Of a stretch of DNA of 64,000 nt, positions 56,379 through 64,000 are shown in pieces; the stretch's first letter is position 1; each line of letters begins with the position of its first letter. The notes beneath the pieces are model-generated. The model was given only the letters and a program-made list of their open reading frames with translations, searched no databases and was not told the origin of the DNA. Source of the DNA: Eledone cirrhosa (taxonomy: Eukaryota); the NCBI GenBank assembly GCA_964016885.1, contig OZ024758.1:8184001-8248000 (forward strand), written 5' to 3'. The translations under genes were made by a program, and so were the position numbers.

Positions 56379-57149
56379 TATATCAATCTATCTATCTCTC
56401 TCTATATATATGTGTGCGTGTGTGCGCGTGTGTGTGTTTGTGTGTGCCAGTGTGTGTGTCTGTGTGTGTGAGTGTGTGTGAGAGAGAGTGTGTGTGTGTG
56501 TGTGTGTTCGCGTGTGTATAAGTCACGCTTGCTTATGTGAACGTGTGTGTGTGTGTGTTCGCGTGTGTATAAGTCACGCTTGCTTATGTGTGAGTGTGAG
56601 TGTGAGTGTGAGTGTGTGTGTGTGTGACTTATGGAATATTTTTATTAGCTTTACTTAGCGTCATACCAGACATTCCACTGAAGGTGGCCATCTCAGCTTT
56701 TTTACACTGAATAGTCAACACTGAACAATGTCCATCTAGTGAGGACAGCGAAATTGTTGCTAAATTATAAAGCAAATGAATTAAGTCGTCCGTGAAATTA
56801 GCACGGAAACCAGTGGATTGTGATCCGACAGTTAGGTTCTGTTTTTATTCAACGACCGAGTAGTGTGGATAGAGAAGGGGGGATGTATGTGAGAGAGGAA
56901 TAAGAGAGGGGAGAGAAGAAAAGAGGGGTGGTGGAAGGGGAGATGGAGTAGGAGGAGGGGGCGATGGAAGAGGAGGTGGAGGAGGCGAAAGAGAAGAAGA
57001 AGAAGAAGAAGAAGAAGAAGAAGAAGAAGAAGAAGAAGAAGAAGAAGAAGATAAAAAAATAGTAGCACAACAGCAACAACACCACTAACAACAACAATAA
57101 CAGAAGAAAACGAGAAAAAAAAGAAACTTTCTTTAATGTCAATAGGTGG

Positions 57150-57399
57150 GAAAATATAACATACTATATAGAATATAACATACTATATAGAATATAACGT
57201 ACTATATAGAATATAACATACTATATAGAATATAACGTACTGTATAGAATATAACGTACTATATAGAATATAACGTACTATATAGAATATAACGTACTGT
57301 ATAGAATATAACGTACTATATAGAATATAACGTACTATATAGAATATAACGTACTATATAGAATATAATGTACTATATAGAATATAACGTACTATATAG
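57150..57399. repeat. 19-bp minisatellite, about 12-13 copies
   Basis: Unit atagaatataacgtactat. Confidence 0.9.
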
Positions 57400-57507
57400 C
57401 AGGCATGTCAAACTGAGGGGCCCCGGAGGGTAAAAACCTTTGTATGGGCCGCAGGTGGGCTTGTAAAGGGCTGCCTGCGGTCCGCGGGCCGATATTTGAC
57501 ATGCCTG
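57400..57507. mobile_element. Short hAT-type MITE of the same family
   Basis: TIR CAGGCATGTCAAA/TTTGACATGCCTG; TSD ctatatag/ctatatac. Confidence 0.8.
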
Positions 57508-58282
57508 CTATATACAATATAACATACTATATAGTATTTGGTCACACTGAAATAACTAACTATATTGAATTTAGTCACACTCAAATAACTAACTACGAAG
57601 TCTTTAATTTCTGTAAATGCTTAATTGTATGACTGGAATGTGATTTTTAATAACAAAAGACAAGAAATAGTTTTAAATGTATTTATTATCAACAATAAAG
57701 ATGGCGCCGCTCCGTTCAAAACTAAAGAAAGGTGAACTCACTCCAGATAATGTATCAGCATAAAAGTTTACAAGCCTTCCGGCACTAATACACACATACA
57801 TACACATGGACATGAGAATGTCCACATAGGCGCCGAGCTGACTAGCCGCAGGTGTCAGCCTCGCGAGAAGGAATGGCTCTTCCAGCGTATCTCCTTTACC
57901 ATCCACGGGGCCGTGGAGTGGCTAATATCCAATATGGCCAACATTATTTGATGGTGGATTGGCAGTATCGGTAGAGGGTCGGACGCCATGCTTTGACGCA
58001 TAGAGTTACGGTCCTTGCCATTCTGAGTTCAAATCCCGCCGAGGTTAACTTTGCCTTTCATCCTCACGGGGTCGATGAAATAAAGTACCAGCAATACACT
58101 GAGATAATTGCTGGCTCTGTGCCAAAAGTAGAAACAATTATTTCATATTTAAATTGGTACGCTAATATCCAATATGACCAACAGTATTTCATATTTAAAT
58201 TGGTACGCTAATATCCAATATGGCCCACTTACAGAAAATGTGGGGAAGTTTTTGGCTTGAATTGGCATCAAAATAAGAGATA

Positions 58283-58598
58283 CTGTGAAACCTCGGTTCA
58301 CGAACGCCTCACGAACAAATCGGTTCACGAACAATTTTTCCAAACATAAAACGTCTCAGTTCATGAACGGTGTCTCGAGTAACGAACAAGCAAGCTGGCA
58401 ACAACGGTTGGCAACAGGCTGGGAGTATCGATGGGAAAGTGTCACTTGCTATGTAGTTAGTTACTATGGTGATATCTATCTGTCTTTCACACACAGTCTC
58501 TCTCTCTCTCTCTCGCTATATTTCTCTCTCAACATTTCCTGAGAACGATAGTTTTGGCTTACGAACGGTCTTCAAGTTCATGAACCGAGGTTCCACTG
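58283..58598. mobile_element. Tigger/pogo-like MITE
   Basis: TA|CTGTGAAACCTCGGTTCACGAA ... TTCATGAACCGAGGTTCCACTG|TA. Confidence 0.8.
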
Positions 58599-58862
58599 TA
58601 TTAGTCTCATATAACGACGTGATGATGTCCATGGACTTTAAAAAAAAATGTCTTGGGTATTTTTTGCGGATGAATATGTATATTTAAGGCCAATTTAAGA
58701 GACTGAAAGGTCGTCAAAAGTTCACTTCACTCATTTTTGTTAGATCCTCTTGCCCCCCCCCCTCCCCCTCTCCTGTGATCCTCGAATATAAATCCTGGAT
58801 TACCGTCTACCTATTTCCCAATTCTTATTTCCATCATTGTACATATAATAATATAATAAATA

Positions 58863-58915
<53 letters not shown>

Positions 58916-58923
58916 CGCACACA

Positions 58924-58999
<76 letters not shown>

Positions 59000-59659
59000 G
59001 TTCACCGACCTAATTTTTAATGTTTTAAGGTCAATGGATGCCGAATTAAATGCTTTCACTTGTGTAAAAAAGAGGGCGATGTTTATTTCCGTAGAGTATG
59101 TGTGTGTATATATGTGTTCGTATATGTATCTACGTGTGTGCATGCGTGCATGTGTGTACGCGTGAATCTGTGCGTATGTGTACGTGTGTGCGTGTGTACG
59201 TGCGTGTGTGTGTGTGCATGTGTGTGTGTGTGTGTGTGCACGCGTACCTATGTAAATGTTGCACTCCCCTTTGTGTCAATATGTACAAGAACCAACTGTT
59301 GCCTAGAAAGTCTACTATCGTTACGGCCCTTTATGATCTGAGTTCAAATCCCACCGAGGTTAACATTGCCTTTCATCCTTACGGGGTCGATAGAATAAAG
59401 TACCAGTAATACACTGGGATAATTGCTGGCCTTGTGCCAAAATTAGAAACAATTATTTAATCATAAAAATAACAGACGTTGAATTTTAAAGTTATTCAAA
59501 ATGACCAATCATATTTACCCACAGCATTTACTGCGAACTAACATTTATAGTGATATATTATATATTTTATACCGTTTTAAGAGAGATAACAGATTATAAA
59601 AGAAATACTTTGTGTACCAACAGCCACCGTTCAAGGAATTAATTCCCTCTAACTACATG

Positions 59660-59826
59660 CAGAGTCGTCTTAACAGCATTATAGCCCCCCCCCCCCCCCG
59701 GCAAAGCAGAACACTGGGGGCCCTACCTACACAATCACTCACAGGAATAAAAATACAAATGAGCCCCCTATCCTCGTGGGGCCCCCGGGCAACTGCCCAG
59801 CGTGCCCATGCGTTAAGACGGCTCTG
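59660..59826. mobile_element. hAT-type MITE of a different family
   Basis: TIR CAGAGTCGTCTTAAC/GTTAAGACGGCTCTG; perfect 8-bp TSD ACTACATG. Confidence 0.85.
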
Positions 59827-61079
59827 ACTACATGTAGTGCCAGACGATAGAATTGAATTCTTAAAGAAGATTTTAAAAAATCAAACAGAAAATACAAAAA
59901 TATTGGGATGTTACAGTAAATTGCAACTTTGAATCTTCAACCCTACTCACGGGGTCGATAAAATAAAGTACCAGTAATCTACTAAGGTCGATTTAATCCC
60001 TTCAAATTGCTGGCTTTGTGCCTAAATCAGAAACCATTATGCCAACACACAGCATTATAGCCCCAACCCAGCTCCCATCCCCGCTAAGAAAGGGAATGTT
60101 CTGTTTCCTTCTTTTTAAAGATGGTAGCGTGTGATCTAAGCGGTATTTGTCTGGCTAAACGAAATATGTTTCCTCCATTGATAGGAACTTATTGTGACCT
60201 TATACATCTTGTGAGAGAGATCAGTCAGGGAGGATAAAGATGGCAAGACTCTGAGTGTGTGTGTGTGTGTGTGTGTGTCAGTGTATGTGTGTGTGTGTGT
60301 CAGTGTATGTGTGTGTGTGTGTCAGTGTATGTGTGTGTGTGTGTCAGCATGTGTGTGTGTCAGTGTATGTGTGTGTATGTGTCAGCGTGTGTGTGTGTGT
60401 GTGTGTCAGCGTATGTGTGTGTGTGTGTCAGCGTATGTGTGTGGGTGTGTGGGTGTATGTGTCAGTGTGTGCGCATCTGTCGAGAGTTATTAAGAACTGG
60501 CTTCATTCTCAGGTTATTGACATGGGAAATAGAGAATGTGAGAGATAGAGAATGATGGAATATAAATATATATATTATAATTGTTTCTACTTCTGGCACA
60601 AGGTCAGCAATTACTCCAGTGTATTACTGGTACTTTATTTTATCGACCCCCGTAAGGATGAAAGGCAAAGTTAACCTCGGTGGGATTTGAACTGAGACCA
60701 TAAAGGGCTGTAACTCTATGCTGCAAAGCATGGCGTCCGTCCGAACTTCTACCGATACTGCCAATCCACCACCCTTTATATAATAATAATTGTTTCTATT
60801 TTTGGCACAAGGCCAGCAATTATCCCAGTGCATTACTGGTACTTTATTTTATCAACCCCGTAAGGATGAAAGGCAAAGTTAACCTCGGTGGGATTTGAAC
60901 TCAGATCGTAAAGGGACGTAACTCTATACTGCAAAGCATGGCAATAATTGGAAATTCTCTGAATTTCCAATCTTTTGATAAGCGAAACCGTCGGTAACAG
61001 CATTTGAACAGGTGAATATTTAAATCATATTTTAATTTATTTAAAAGATTGTTTAATGTTTGCTTGTTCCGCTCATTTT

Positions 61080-62222
<1,143 letters not shown>

Positions 62223-62857
62223 GAGAGAGAGAGAGAGGGGGGGGAGAGATAAGGAGAAGGCAAAATTCAAAATGGAGGATAATTTCTCTGTTGAAGATCT
62301 GCTTACTTCCTGTTGAAAAGTGATATTCACTGCCATGGGATATATTTTACATATAATTTCCGGTTCATTGATTGATGAAGTGTTTATTGTTTAATTACTA
62401 TTTAGTTGGGTCAGCAACAGAAAGAAGAAGACTATCCATTATGGTTTCATGTATTACGAGATATTCTAGAACTAGCCAAGTGGGAAGCGGAAAGCAGATG
62501 GAATGATGGTGAATATTCGAGATGATTATATTTATTTATTTATTTGTCTATCCGAAGTTGGGTTAATGAGAAGGTGAGAAAAGGTTTGCAATCACGCAGT
62601 ATTCATTTTGATTGTTCAAGAAAGGAAAAACAAATAACATATATATATATATATATATATATAAACTTTAGAATATGTGTAATAAGGCCAAGACAATGCA
62701 GGTATGGACATAGAAAAAAGAATGCAATAGTGAAAGATATTGATGTGAATTCGTCTTTCACCTTGAATTTATTTAAATGTCCTTAATTTTCGAGATAATA
62801 TCTCTTCTTCGGAGGGAAGTAAAGGTCTCAAACCAGCGTCTTTAAATCTCTTTACTT

Positions 62858-62893
62858 CCCTCCGAAGAAGAGATATTATCTCGAAAATTAAGG
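62858..62893 (+). ncRNA. Minimal hammerhead ribozyme variant (CCGAAGA core)
   Basis: CCU-CCGAAGA-A-GAGAU AUU AUCUC-GAAAAUUA-AGG, with AATAAA at 62901-62906 and a mirror copy on the minus strand in the same palindrome. Confidence 0.6.
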
Positions 62894-63301
62894 ACATTTA
62901 AATAAATTCAAGGTGAAAGACGAATTCACATCAATATCTTTCACTATTGCATTCTTTTTTCTATGTCCATACCTGCATTGTCTTGGCCTTATTACACATA
63001 TTCTAACGTTTATACCTCATTACACAATGTTTCAAGTGAACTATAACCTCCTCCTATATATATATATATATATACAAATAAAGATTCAGCGAGAATCGCA
63101 TTTTCGGCGGACAGGAAAAGCGAAGCGAAACGCAAAAATCAGAAATGATACTGGCAAAGTGCTCAATAGTTAAAAACCAGAGCCAAACAATGTGTTAAGA
63201 AGCCATACAAAACTGAAAAGGTGGTCAAGAAAGCATTAACCACCCAAGCCAAAAACCAAATCAAGCTAAACAGGTCAAAACAAAATAAATGATAAAAAAT
63301 A

Positions 63302-63343
<42 letters not shown>

Positions 63344-63517
63344 TTTCTCGTTATGTCCTAAAGTGTATTGGAATGAATAGTAACAACCTTGGGTGTCGAA
63401 ACCATAGTGATTTCCAGAGGTTCACTGAAGAGATACGAGTCTGCCTTTCCGTTGTTTTTTCCTCTGTCTTTGTCCTATTTTGAATAATATATATATATTA
63501 TATATAATATGTGTGTG

Positions 63518-64000
63518 TGTGCCATTGAGACAGACTAGACAGTGGGGGTGGGGACATCTGTAGTAGTGCCATTGAGAGAGACTAGACTGTGGGGGTGGGG
63601 ACATCTCTAGTAGTGCCATTGAGACAGACTAGAGTGTGGGGGTGGGGACATCTCTAGTAGTGCCATTGAGAGAGACTAGACTGTGGGGGTGGGGACATCT
63701 CTAGTAGTGCCATTGAGAGAGACTAGACTGTGGGGGTGGGGACATCTCTAGTAGTGCCATCGAGAGAGACTAGAGTGTGGGGGGTGGGGACATCTCTAGT
63801 AGTGCCATTGAGAGAGACTAGACTGTGGGGGTGGGGACATCTCTAGTAGTGCCATTGAGAGAGACTAGAGTGTGGGGGGTGGGGACATCTCTAGTAGTGC
63901 CATCGAGAGAGACTAGACTGTGGGGGTGGGGACATCTCTAGTAGTGCCATCGAGAGAGACTAGAGTGTGGGGGGTGGGGACATCTCTAGTAGTGCCATCG
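63518..64000. repeat. 47-bp G-rich minisatellite running off the window end
   Basis: Unit gtgccattgagagagactagactgtgggggtggggacatctctagta; period seen at 63566 and 63613. Confidence 0.93.

Noticed and set aside
63393-63436. Possible permuted (type II) hammerhead: gtgtc-GAAAC...CTGAAGA-gatac
   Set aside because: The cleavage triplet would be GUG and stem I pairing is poor.

Overview
AT-rich, microsatellite-dense animal genomic DNA. The Nin-domain tRNA-SINEs resemble octopus OK/OR families, so an octopod cephalopod is likely (inference). One intact host gene is present: a two-exon SETD3 (actin-histidine methyltransferase), exons 5865-6604 and 14971-15700, 489 aa. The rest is SINEs, decayed RTE, L1/Tx1 and CRE-type LINE fragments, hAT, piggyBac, Tigger and Tc1-mariner MITEs, and mini- and microsatellites. 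The most notable pattern is a set of short, unrelated elements embedded in (TA)n tracts. They carry type I hammerhead-ribozyme (HHR) motifs, often followed by AATAAA, and are often duplicated as near-perfect fold-back palindromes. A decayed Penelope GIY-YIG element with its own HHR is also in the window (23398-24295). Together these point to a Penelope-mobilised, TA-targeting population of ribozyme-bearing non-autonomous retroelements. All structures were folded by eye and repeat boundaries are approximate.
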